A stretch of 64,000 nucleotides of DNA from a virus. A program made the position numbers and the translations under genes. Location: IMG/VR virus record IMGVR_UViG_3300044630_001218, positions 2,280 through 66,279 of that record; one strand, written 5' to 3'. The stretch's first letter is position 1. Every line of letters starts with the position of its first letter. This document shows, one piece after another, positions 56,026 through 64,000 of the stretch. The notes under the pieces were generated by a model. It made no database searches. It was not told the DNA's origin and saw only the letters and a list, made by a program, of their open reading frames with translations.

Positions 56026-56256
56026 TTATTCTACTTCCAGATCAAGCTCCAGTTGTTCCGGAGCAGTGCGGATGCGGTCCATCTCGTTATCAAGGGCGGT
56101 TGCCACAAGATTCAAAGATGCTTTCTGAACCATCAACTCAGTAATCTGATCGTTAAGTTGGCGAATGTCGCCGTCGATCTTAGCGATTACGGTGCGGATG
56201 GAGTCTGACTCCCGCTTGAGAAGCGTGAGTGGGTTATCAAGTACGATCGCGCTCAT
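56026..56256 (-). CDS. Small coiled-coil protein
   Basis: 76 aa with heptad pattern; ATGA-coupled. Confidence 0.65.
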   Translation of the reverse strand: MSAIVLDNPLTLLKRESDSIRTVIAKIDGDIRQLNDQITELMVQKASLNLVATALDNEMDRIRTAPEQLELDLEVE

Positions 56257-56882
56257 TGGTCATTCCCTCCTTTGGTAAGACGTGCAGCGAACTCTGCGAC
56301 TTCGGCTGGTGCATCGTCCTTGGTGTGTGCAAGGGTAGGAACATACCAGCTGTATTTCCCTTTGGACATCAGTTCAGTACCAAAGTTCCAGAAGCGCGAA
56401 GCAACAGAGATATTGGGGTTGAACGTCTGGAAGGTGAACAAACGCTTATAGGTCAAGCGATATGCGTCCTTCTGAACGGTGATGCGACCGATCTGGTAAT
56501 TGGTATCACCAATCGGGTAAGGGAACATAGTATCATCTTCACCGATCTGTGGGATCAAGAGGATGATTTCTGCGAACTCAGTCACGTCGTAGCTGCTTTC
56601 GGCAGCAAGTGCTTTGGCGTCCGATTCGTTGGACACAATCTTGGGGATGTAGTCCTCGCCGAATGGAACGTCTTCTTTCCACCGCTTGGTTGCCCCGATC
56701 ACGACTACCGGAGTTTTCTGTTCGGCTTCAAGGAGAACGGAGTCCTTGTCGATAACGACTGAACCGATAGGTCCTTCGATCTCCGACATCTTTTGGATGA
56801 CGTTGAGGCGTGGGATATCGATGTCTTGTGCGGCAAATGCCAGACCAGTCGATGTGCTTGTGCTTAGTGCTTCTGTACTCAT
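56253..56882 (-). CDS. Probable ssDNA-binding protein
   Basis: DIDIPRL.V.QKMS...KYSWYVP; located between the nuclease and PolA genes. Confidence 0.55.
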   Translation of the reverse strand: MSTEALSTSTSTGLAFAAQDIDIPRLNVIQKMSEIEGPIGSVVIDKDSVLLEAEQKTPVVVIGATKRWKEDVPFGEDYIPKIVSNESDAKALAAESSYDVTEFAEIILLIPQIGEDDTMFPYPIGDTNYQIGRITVQKDAYRLTYKRLFTFQTFNPNISVASRFWNFGTELMSKGKYSWYVPTLAHTKDDAPAEVAEFAARLTKGGNDQ

Positions 56883-56955
56883 ATTACTATTTCTCGTTTC
56901 TGATCGGTTGTTGCTTGTTGCTTACTAAAGGGGACAGCCGTAACTCCCTTTCTCC

Positions 56956-58101
56956 TCATTTTGAGGAAAGTGTGTATCGTGTTGAACCAACCTCGACAAC
57001 GCCGAGATCAATAGCTTCTTTCTCGAAGCTGTCAACAACAAAAGATTTTTTTCCTTTCGGAGCCTTATCGTGCAGGGCTTTTGAGAGTTGACCCATTGTC
57101 AGGTCAGCGGCCTCAATGATCTCATTAAGTTCAAGTCCGTGCTTAATTGCGAGCTGCGCAAGGTAGTTTTTCTCGATGGTCTTCTTAAGCGCACCCATTG
57201 ACTTGAGCTTGAGGGTCTCGAACTCAACGCCTTCGTGCGCCATGCCCGTAGCCTTGTGCTTGATACCGGATGCCCAATTCTCTACGATCTTGGCTACGAC
57301 ATAGAGCTTTTCGATTGTAGCTGGATCGTCAACCTCGCCAGAAGCGATGGGTCCATCTGGCAGTAGGTCCGGTCTATATCGTTTGACGACTTCGATTGCG
57401 ACTGCGCCCAATGCCGGACAGTGATCCTCATGTCGGCAGAAGCGGCAGTTCACGGTAGGATTAAGGTCATCGATGTCGATGGTCTTGTTCTCCCATTTCG
57501 GTCTGGTCGTTTCGGCCTTCTTGATAACAGTAGAAATCTGTTTGCGCAGGTCGTCCATCTCGAACCGATGGAAAGTACCGACAAGGATCTCATCACGCTT
57601 CGGGATTAGAAACGCAAAGTGAATGGTCTCCAGTTCCGGATACATCTGGAACGCCGCAAGTACGTACGCTTTGGCTTGCCAGTTAATCAGTGGCTCGTCG
57701 ATCTTGCTGATGCCAGTCTTGTAGTCCACCTGAAGACCGACGTTTCCTTTCCAAGCTACGATGTCGGATGTGCCGAATGTCGGTGTCTCGCAGTCGAGAT
57801 CCAGCACAAGGCGCATCTCACGGTTGATCGTCACGCCGTCAGTACCACCGAAAACATTTTGGAAGACCTCATCCTCTTCAGCCACCATGCGCTCGTAGAT
57901 CTGTACTTCGTCGTCGTCCATAAGGGCGGACGGATCGCGTACCTCAAGTGCCTCATGGATGCGTGTGCCTTTATCGGAGGCTGCGTTTTTTCCGTCCTTA
58001 CCGTGGTATCCGGCGCAGAGCGAAACATACTTGAGGGATGAGGGGCCAAACTCAGCGTGTGCTCGTTCGGAGTGGTCTGGTGTACTGGTTTCTGGATTCA
58101 T
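56956..58101 (-). CDS. Cas4-like/DUF2800 PD-(D/E)xK exonuclease
   Basis: HA..GPSS...C, GTRIHE, FGTSD, DYKTG, Q..AY, CRFC.....CP. Confidence 0.85.
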   Translation of the reverse strand: MNPETSTPDHSERAHAEFGPSSLKYVSLCAGYHGKDGKNAASDKGTRIHEALEVRDPSALMDDDEVQIYERMVAEEDEVFQNVFGGTDGVTINREMRLVLDLDCETPTFGTSDIVAWKGNVGLQVDYKTGISKIDEPLINWQAKAYVLAAFQMYPELETIHFAFLIPKRDEILVGTFHRFEMDDLRKQISTVIKKAETTRPKWENKTIDIDDLNPTVNCRFCRHEDHCPALGAVAIEVVKRYRPDLLPDGPIASGEVDDPATIEKLYVVAKIVENWASGIKHKATGMAHEGVEFETLKLKSMGALKKTIEKNYLAQLAIKHGLELNEIIEAADLTMGQLSKALHDKAPKGKKSFVVDSFEKEAIDLGVVEVGSTRYTLSSK

Positions 58102-59390
58102 ATTTGCGTGTGAAGTGTGTCCAGAGACAAACGCTTTTGTTCCAACTTGTCAACAATTTTTTCTTCGATTGTTTTTGAGGCGACCAAAACTTTTTGAATT
58201 GCAGGGCTTTTTGCGTTTGCTCGGTGGATACGGCCCAATGTTTGGATGTAGTCTTTGGCGTTAAATGTCGGCGAGATGAGGCTCATCCTCGGATGTCCCC
58301 CTTCCGTATCATGTAGCGAAACACCTACGCCTCCGGCAGCGATGTTGCAGATGATGACTCTGGACTCATTGTTCTGGAACCGTTGCACGTTGGCTTCGCG
58401 GTCGTCGGCAGATTGTCCACCGACAATGGTACAGGATTCAGGGATAAACTCTGTGAGTGACTTGACTGTATCCACAAAGTTCACGAACACGGCTACGCTG
58501 TATCCTTCGCTGCATGCTTCGGCTACCATGTCTACGATGTCCGGCACCTTTGCAGCTTCGGCAAGTTGCCGTGCACGAAGGATCTCCACTAGGATGTGTG
58601 GACTCGCCCCTCCGTCCTCCATAAATTGGTCTACGATTTCTGGCGTGACTCCGTGGTCTCTATAGAACTTAGCGATGTCGCCCAATGACGAGAATGCTAG
58701 TGGCTCTGTGATAACGTGGTTGTCAGTAAACGCCGTAGGTAGATCTTTCGGGGTTAGTTTAACACAGTTGCGTGTGTAGAGTTCTCGGTTGAGATCGACA
58801 AGTTTTGATACTGGTCCGGCTACCCAATTATTCCAAGGGTCTTTGCGGCACCCATATTTCATCATCCATGATTGCCAGCTTTTTAGATTGCCGTCCGGTT
58901 TGTTGAGCGAGTGAACGCCCAACACAAAACCAATACCTCTCATCTCTGTAGGGTCTTGGCATGCGGTAGCAGACAACAGAAGGTTGTACATGCCAGCCTG
59001 TTTGGCGGCGACCATCATCTGTGCGTTCTGGCTGAACGGAGATTTGCATTTGTGGCACTCGTCCCAAATCAAAAGAGTTTCTTGGGGTAGCTGCCAGCGA
59101 AATAGTTTCTTGCCAGCTTTGACAAGGAACTGATTACCCCTCTTCAGTTTCTCGTAATTAAGGATAAAGACGGGCGTCACTCCGACCTCAGCAAGTTCGC
59201 GCTCCCAATGGGGGATGACAATCTTCGGGCAAACCACCGCTACTGGTATCCCCATCTCTTTAGCCACACGACAAGCAATAACGGTTTTGCCTACTCCGGT
59301 GTGGCTTGAGTCTAGAGCAGCCCTACAGTTTGCCAGAGACCGTCGCAGAAAATCAACAGAGCTGAGTTGTTTGGGGAACAGCGTTTTCAC
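58098..59390 (-). CDS. Superfamily 2 (SNF2-like) helicase
   Basis: TGVGKT, DECH, LSATA, GGVGVSL, QTLGRIHR. Confidence 0.9.
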   Translation of the reverse strand: MKTLFPKQLSSVDFLRRSLANCRAALDSSHTGVGKTVIACRVAKEMGIPVAVVCPKIVIPHWERELAEVGVTPVFILNYEKLKRGNQFLVKAGKKLFRWQLPQETLLIWDECHKCKSPFSQNAQMMVAAKQAGMYNLLLSATACQDPTEMRGIGFVLGVHSLNKPDGNLKSWQSWMMKYGCRKDPWNNWVAGPVSKLVDLNRELYTRNCVKLTPKDLPTAFTDNHVITEPLAFSSLGDIAKFYRDHGVTPEIVDQFMEDGGASPHILVEILRARQLAEAAKVPDIVDMVAEACSEGYSVAVFVNFVDTVKSLTEFIPESCTIVGGQSADDREANVQRFQNNESRVIICNIAAGGVGVSLHDTEGGHPRMSLISPTFNAKDYIQTLGRIHRANAKSPAIQKVLVASKTIEEKIVDKLEQKRLSLDTLHTQI

Positions 59391-59653
59391 TCTGATGTAA
59401 TAATCAAAAGTTTTTCGTTCCGCTCAATCGATACAATCTTTTTATCGGGCAGCTTTGGGTGGTATTCCCGCAATGATGTGCTAACACTGATGAACGGCCC
59501 ACCGGAAGGGTCAACAAACTCTAAGTCTGGGTGTCCGCCAAAACTGATTATCGGACTAACAAACGAGATCAGGTACTTTTTCGGCTTAAGTTTGGTGAGA
59601 GTACACGAATGGCCATAACGACCCATGATCTTAAATGGTTCAATTTTCTTCAT
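59387..59653 (-). CDS. Hypothetical protein (FVDPSGGPFI motif)
   Basis: 88 aa; coupled on both sides. Confidence 0.65.
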   Translation of the reverse strand: MKKIEPFKIMGRYGHSCTLTKLKPKKYLISFVSPIISFGGHPDLEFVDPSGGPFISVSTSLREYHPKLPDKKIVSIERNEKLLIITSE

Positions 59654-59877
59654 TACTTGTTACTTGTTTTACGGTTTCTAATTTTACGTTTGATGATATC
59701 GAAGAGGGACATGTGTGCGATAATTGTATCGAAATGTCGAAGACTTTTTTCGCACGACGGACAGACAGGCTCTCTCAACCGTTCATCCGGTGCGTTGTTA
59801 CGGCGTCCCTTTCGACCGCACACCTTACAAGCGTAGCGGCGTGACGGCAGCTTAGTAGAACTCTGGTGGTTTGACAT
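59653..59877 (-). CDS. Small zinc-finger protein
   Basis: CKVC...CPSC. Confidence 0.5.
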   Translation of the reverse strand: MSNHQSSTKLPSRRYACKVCGRKGRRNNAPDERLREPVCPSCEKSLRHFDTIIAHMSLFDIIKRKIRNRKTSNK

Positions 59878-60097
59878 GTCTGAAGGGGTTTCCGCTTTTG
59901 GGTGGCTCTTCACCGTCCATCCAGAACGTTGCTGCTTTGGTTGTTCTGGCAAAGCCGACACATTTCAGGATCTCAAAGCATCCTGTAGGGTTTTGCTCTG
60001 CCAGACGCATTGCTTCTGTTTGCGCGGCTTCGAGTGTAGCGTGACGCACTCGTGGTGCGCTTTTGTTGTATCGGTATACGTAGTAGTATGGTTTCAT
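59852..60097 (-). CDS. Conserved small phage protein
   Basis: P..RH.TLE.A..EA.RLA...P...F.IL. Confidence 0.65.
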   Translation of the reverse strand: MKPYYYVYRYNKSAPRVRHATLEAAQTEAMRLAEQNPTGCFEILKCVGFARTTKAATFWMDGEEPPKSGNPFRHVKPPEFY

Positions 60098-60101
60098 CTG
60101 C

Positions 60102-60311
60102 TTAGTTGTAGTTTTCATCCCTGAAAAGTTTATTGAGTTTGCTGACAGCTTTGCCGGAATGGATGACGTTGATGTCGTTGTAAAGCTCAATTAACAATCC
60201 TCGAAACTCGTCGCGTTGCTCAGTAACTGACGCAAGCGTACGCCGTTCAAGTTCGAGTAGTTTTTTATAGTACTCTATTTTGTCGGTCGTTGTCATTTCG
60301 TCAATTATCAT
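60102..60311 (-). CDS. Small coiled-coil protein
   Basis: QRDEFRGLLIELYND resembles the neighbour's MRDEYKDLLIRVYDD. Confidence 0.55.
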   Translation of the reverse strand: MIIDEMTTTDKIEYYKKLLELERRTLASVTEQRDEFRGLLIELYNDINVIHSGKAVSKLNKLFRDENYN

Positions 60312-60537
60312 CGCTCCCTCCTTCCATAGCGGAGAGGGTATCAGTTAGCTGAATAGCACCCATCAAAATCTTTAGGTCGCGTACTGCTTCGCCCATATTA
60401 CGGTGCACAAACAGATCGTCGTACACGCGGATAAGTAGATCCTTGTACTCGTCACGCATTCGCTTTGCGTGTTCCAGCTCCGCCTCAAGCCGATCCAAAT
60501 CAAATGCGCTAATTGTTACATCATGTGTCCTGCTCAT
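60301..60537 (-). CDS. Small coiled-coil protein
   Basis: 78 aa, overlapping operon arrangement. Confidence 0.6.
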   Translation of the reverse strand: MSRTHDVTISAFDLDRLEAELEHAKRMRDEYKDLLIRVYDDLFVHRNMGEAVRDLKILMGAIQLTDTLSAMEGGSDDN

Positions 60538-60733
60538 TGTTCCTGTTTCGTTTTAGTTGTTTCTGGTTTTCGTTATAGAACTTCGTAGCCATCTCAGAGT
60601 AATACCGTTCGAGCAGCAAGCCCACAGCATCTTCTACTGTGGAATAGTCCGTCTCGAAAAACTCCTCTGGAATCATCAGGCCAATGCGGCCCAACATTTG
60701 GGCGCATCTTTTGTCGGTTTCTGCTTCGCTCAT
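60521..60733 (-). CDS. Hypothetical protein
   Basis: MSEAETDKRC...; ATGA-coupled. Confidence 0.55.
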   Translation of the reverse strand: MSEAETDKRCAQMLGRIGLMIPEEFFETDYSTVEDAVGLLLERYYSEMATKFYNENQKQLKRNRNNEQDT

Positions 60734-60960
60734 TGTTTCAGTTTCTCGATTTCTTGAATCAACTTGCCCACAGCCTTCGCGATGTAGGGCCACTCATCAA
60801 GGTCAAAGCGAAGATTTTTTTCATCGCCCTCATCTGGAAATTGTCTCATTTCAATAAACGGTCCAGCGGCTTCGTCCACAATGCTGATCTCTGTGGCGAG
60901 TTGGCTGAAGATTGATTCGCCTTTCGGCAGCACTGTTATTCTTGATGTTATTGTGTTCAT
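60730..60960 (-). CDS. Conserved small phage protein
   Basis: ITVLPKGESIFS..ATEISI.DEAAGPFI. Confidence 0.65.
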   Translation of the reverse strand: MNTITSRITVLPKGESIFSQLATEISIVDEAAGPFIEMRQFPDEGDEKNLRFDLDEWPYIAKAVGKLIQEIEKLKQ

Positions 60961-61145
60961 GTTCCTGATCGGTAACGCTATTGTGTGGGGGCTAGATGAA
61001 AGCCTGATAATAGCTTGATTGTGTCGTTGTCGTTTTTTGTTATGTTCCCGTGCGGGAATGCAGCCTTTTTGCTCAGAGTGCGCGGCTCGATCCACTGACC
61101 GCTACTGCCAAAACTGTCGTGTTTCCCTCACGGTGCGGGAAATTG

Positions 61146-61220
61146 TGGAGCCCCTTGACGGAGTCGAACCATCATATCAAAATTACAAATTTCGTGTAAT
61201 AACCGTTATACTAAAGGGGC
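61146..61220 (-). tRNA. tRNA-Thr(UGU) with encoded CCA
   Basis: Acceptor GCCCCTT/AAGGGGC-T-CCA; anticodon arm CGAAA-TTTGTAA-TTTTG; T arm GATGG-TTCGACT-CCGTC. Confidence 0.9.
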
Positions 61221-61226
61221 AAAATA

Positions 61227-61424
61227 TTAGATGCAGTTGTCCTCAAGGAACTCACGCTTGAACATGGACTCAGTGATATCGGGATGCCATGCCATGTAGG
61301 TCATGACTGTCCGGAACACTGTGACAAGTTCCTCTAGCGGAGCGTCTCGCGGAAACGAGAACTCCATCTTGCTTCCTTCATGTGGAATCTCCACGCTGAT
61401 CTTCATTCGTCGGTCGTTGTTCAT
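61227..61424 (-). CDS. Hypothetical protein
   Basis: MNNDRRMKISVE...D..LEELV..F..VM....WHP; ATGA-coupled. Confidence 0.6.
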   Translation of the reverse strand: MNNDRRMKISVEIPHEGSKMEFSFPRDAPLEELVTVFRTVMTYMAWHPDITESMFKREFLEDNCI

Positions 61425-62425
61425 GGTTGTGGGTCTGGGTATTTGATTTCGCAGTCTTCGCAGATGTACCCGTAAAGCCAATGATAAACTTTACGGCGAC
61501 CACATTTGCACTCGTCGTCGATTGGGGATTCTGGTTTAAGATCACAATCTGTGATCTTGCGGCGGTAGGTTCCGTTGCGGACAATCGAAGGAGTCACCCA
61601 ATCTGAAACGTACACAGGCAACCAGTGGTCTTCACCGACATACACTTCATCACCGTCCTGTAGTTTTTCGCCTTCTTCTAGTTTGCGATACGCTACAGTC
61701 TCGACGCGATACTTTATCGACGGCTCTTCTTTAAGGTCGCAATCTGCGACCAAATTGGGCCCATAACAATCTACGCTCTTATGGCGGCGATACACCTTAT
61801 CACCCCCCACTCGTTGATTGTTATAGGTACACCACTCTGTCTTTACCCATTCATTGTAGAGTGTACACCAAAACTCATCGCCACTCTGAATAAGCTCTCC
61901 TTCTTTAAGGATGCGGTATTCTGGTACGGTGTCTTCGTCAAGCGGACCCCAAAAGTCTTCGTACGGCTTATTGTCTTCGACATGTTTAGTTGGTGGCTCT
62001 TCGTCTTCGCCACGAATCCATTTAAGGATGTCAGCGAACTCACTCACTGTCAGTAGCTCACCCACTACCAGAGAACCTTCCTCAGTTTCGTCGTTAGTGG
62101 GTCGCTTGTTCCTGTCATCCTGTAGCTTGCCACATACCTCTGCATCCATGAGGATGTTCGCGCTACAGGCAATGTGTGCCAGATGCGTGATACCGGATTC
62201 AGGGTCCAGTGATTCGCCGTCACGCCATGCGTTCAGATGGCGCAGGATCGCGTTGACATAAGTGCTGGCGCAAACGCCAGTCTCACGCCAATTCCACGGA
62301 CCATACTTGTCTGCACCCAACTTGTGGACCCATGAGGTCTGTTCCATTGCGTACGGCGGGACTAATCCCAATGGGGCTTTAAGGGAGCCCGCTTGCCCTT
62401 TGGGGTCGTTGTATTGTGTGCTCAT
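61421..62425 (-). CDS. dATP/dGTP diphosphohydrolase (DUF5664) domain fused to repeated C-terminal modules
   Basis: DPK...G..K.PL.LVP, GADKYGPWNWR, Y..A..RHL.AW..GE..DPESG..HLAH. Confidence 0.85.
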   Translation of the reverse strand: MSTQYNDPKGQAGSLKAPLGLVPPYAMEQTSWVHKLGADKYGPWNWRETGVCASTYVNAILRHLNAWRDGESLDPESGITHLAHIACSANILMDAEVCGKLQDDRNKRPTNDETEEGSLVVGELLTVSEFADILKWIRGEDEEPPTKHVEDNKPYEDFWGPLDEDTVPEYRILKEGELIQSGDEFWCTLYNEWVKTEWCTYNNQRVGGDKVYRRHKSVDCYGPNLVADCDLKEEPSIKYRVETVAYRKLEEGEKLQDGDEVYVGEDHWLPVYVSDWVTPSIVRNGTYRRKITDCDLKPESPIDDECKCGRRKVYHWLYGYICEDCEIKYPDPQP

Positions 62426-62431
62426 TGGTGA

Positions 62432-62776
62432 TTACTTTCTTAGCGGAGATACACGCTTGCCCATACCGACGCGAGCTTTTTCTAAAACTTTTTTGTTCAT
62501 CTCTGATTTCGACATTTCACCAGAAGTTTTCGGGGTGTCACTAGAGACGCGCTTTGTGGGGCGGCAGTATTCATTCTTACCGCCAGCACCACATGGCTTG
62601 CCAGTCTTCTGGTCAACCCATTTCTCTTTTTGCCAACGCTTGAGTTCTGCGCCCTTTTCGCTTTTGCGGACGTTGCCAGACTCCTTACGGCATTTGGCGA
62701 TGGCTTGACTAGCTCTCGCAGACGGGAACACGTCGTATTGAGCCTTCACTTTTTTGTAGCAACTGTCTTTTGGCAT
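62432..62776 (-). CDS. Small basic viral protein (DUF5872-like)
   Basis: CYKKVKA.Y.VFPSA.AS.AIAKCR, LKRW.KEKWVD, CRPTKRVS..TPKT; family recalled from memory. Confidence 0.65.
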   Translation of the reverse strand: MPKDSCYKKVKAQYDVFPSARASQAIAKCRKESGNVRKSEKGAELKRWQKEKWVDQKTGKPCGAGGKNEYCRPTKRVSSDTPKTSGEMSKSEMNKKVLEKARVGMGKRVSPLRK

Positions 62777-62781
62777 GGCGT

Positions 62782-62964
62782 TTATTCTTGTGTTATTTCT
62801 ACTTTCCGGTTTCTGATCGCTGCGTCAAGGGCATTAATCTCCTTGGTCAGTTCCGGCGTGTTGGGCCAGTTCTCCTTCTTGAGTTTCCGGAAGTACTCGC
62901 TCTTCAGAGCCTTCAGTATTGTGTCCTGTTTTTCCTTTTCGGAAGATGTCGTCGAAGTTTTCAT
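62782..62964 (-). CDS. Hypothetical protein
   Basis: 60 aa; ends 5 nt before the next start; overlaps the upstream ORF. Confidence 0.45.
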   Translation of the reverse strand: MKTSTTSSEKEKQDTILKALKSEYFRKLKKENWPNTPELTKEINALDAAIRNRKVEITQE

Positions 62965-63028
62965 AATAAGTGGTTAGGTCTACTTTGCGAGGGGTGCTCC
63001 CCTTTCCTGCTCCTACGGTATTAATCAT
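62834..63028 (-). CDS. Small protein with GKGS.PR.VD...Y..N.D.IF motif
   Basis: Recurrent phage microprotein motif; TTGACA at 63067-63062 upstream. Confidence 0.55.
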   Translation of the reverse strand: MINTVGAGKGSTPRKVDLTTYYENFDDIFRKGKTGHNTEGSEERVLPETQEGELAQHAGTDQGD

Positions 63029-63074
63029 GGCGACCAACCACCTACCCGACAAAAGACGGGGTGTCAATTATTTT

Positions 63075-63308
63075 TTATTGAAAAAGTTCGTCCTCTAAAA
63101 GGACTACCAGTTCCTTAAAGGTCTGAGCGGAATCAACGATGGTGTCGTCCGGCAAGTCAAACTCTTGACCGACCATGTCACGGAACACCTCAAACTCGTC
63201 TGGTTCAAAGAACGCCTCAAGCTCTGCTGCCATCGGCAGTTTCATTTTGTAGCGGAGGATGTCCTCAAGGATAGCCGTGAGGGCGTCGATGATGTATGTG
63301 CGGTTCAT
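63075..63308 (-). CDS. Acyl-carrier-protein-like protein lacking the pantetheinylation Ser
   Basis: 77 aa, acidic; ...QEFDLPDD....AQTFKELV.LL resembles the ACP EEEF.I.IPDE...TV.. Confidence 0.5.
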   Translation of the reverse strand: MNRTYIIDALTAILEDILRYKMKLPMAAELEAFFEPDEFEVFRDMVGQEFDLPDDTIVDSAQTFKELVVLLEDELFQ

Positions 63309-63811
63309 GGTTCGGTGTCCCTATAGTATCGGGAAATTAGAGCGGCGTCAACTATTCCGTCATGGGGAATTTTACTGCGGCTTGACGCAAGCCATTTTTC
63401 TTTTGGCCACAGATCGTTGGCTTTCTTGAGCGCAGCCACTTTGGTCATGCCTTTCGCAAGTCTCTTGCCGAGCATGACATCCTGCCACTCCTTCACCTGT
63501 ATCCTGCGCACTGCATACTGTTTCGCTTCGCACGCGCCTAAGATCTTGCCGAACGAGATGCTCATGGACCTCATCGCTTGCGAGGATTTAGCGTGTTTCA
63601 AAGGCTCTTCGATGCAGACAACAAGGTTCTTGCAATAGGGTTGGAGCCACCGCAGTACAGCATAGACATCAACTTCGGTCTTGCCGTCAAACGTATTGGT
63701 GGGCATCGCTGTGTACGCAATGACGTCGCCACTCCAATTGCTGACGGCGCATAAGCCACCGCTTATTCCGTTGTCGATTCCGACAATGACGGTGTCCTCA
63801 TTCCTCTCCAT
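63305..63811 (-). CDS. ruvC: RuvC-like Holliday junction resolvase
   Basis: IVGIDNG.SGG, CIEE, SFG...G, W...ML, TK..AL, HDGIVDAALI. Confidence 0.8.
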   Translation of the reverse strand: MERNEDTVIVGIDNGISGGLCAVSNWSGDVIAYTAMPTNTFDGKTEVDVYAVLRWLQPYCKNLVVCIEEPLKHAKSSQAMRSMSISFGKILGACEAKQYAVRRIQVKEWQDVMLGKRLAKGMTKVAALKKANDLWPKEKWLASSRSKIPHDGIVDAALISRYYRDTEP

Positions 63812-64000
63812 AAAGCGCGGTCTCCAGTAGTTCGTCTAGTGATCCTTCCTCGTACATGTCCCTAAACAGCTGTTTCGCATTGGGCGTGAGTTGGGTAATG
63901 ATTCTTCCGTCGGTCATTGTAGATAAAAGGAACATGATGTATGGCCTACCTGCGCTGTCCAGTTGGGCGATGGCATCCTCAACGTTGTCCAATGAACCGC
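63798..64000 (-). CDS. Hypothetical protein (partial, open at window end)
   Basis: Frame stays open to the window edge. Confidence 0.5.
   Translation of the reverse strand, partial: GSLDNVEDAIAQLDSAGRPYIMFLLSTMTDGRIITQLTPNAKQLFRDMYEEGSLDELLETALYGEE

Noticed and set aside
61019-61261. Plus-strand 80-aa Cys-rich ORF
   Set aside because: It is antisense to a clear tRNA in a minus-strand operon
1-64000. Stop-codon reassignment or a Z-base genome
   Set aside because: Genes are intact with all three stops used under the standard code; no purZ is in the window, so DUF5664 alone is insufficient

Overview
A gene-dense 64-kb stretch of a tailed dsDNA phage genome (standard genetic code), probably podovirus-like: there is no tape measure gene, but there is a 3,852-aa ejection-type protein. 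It has four blocks. (1) 1-15.3 kb (+): the end of the terminase large subunit and internal virion/ejection proteins. (2) 15.3-26.9 kb (-): an early/host-takeover region with a MoxR-AAA/VWA module, an M20/M28 peptidase and many small genes separated by repeated hairpin elements. (3) 27.1-52.0 kb (+): portal, scaffold, major capsid, lysis genes, fibres and tail genes. (4) 52.0-64 kb (-): primase-helicase, PolA, SSB-like protein, Cas4-like nuclease, SF2 helicase, tRNA-Thr(UGU), a DUF5664-type dNTP hydrolase, an ACP-like protein and RuvC. The most unusual signals are non-coding. Seven conserved hairpins with covariation punctuate single-gene cassettes in the early region. Two related ~90-bp palindromes bracket the 27-kb segment that separates terL from portal. 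There are also 7-nt-period arrays, a promoter-duplicating 27-bp direct repeat around an inserted gene, and many leaderless sigma70-type promoters. No integrase, RNA polymerase, CRISPR array or reverse transcriptase was seen. All family assignments come from motif recognition by eye, not from database searches.
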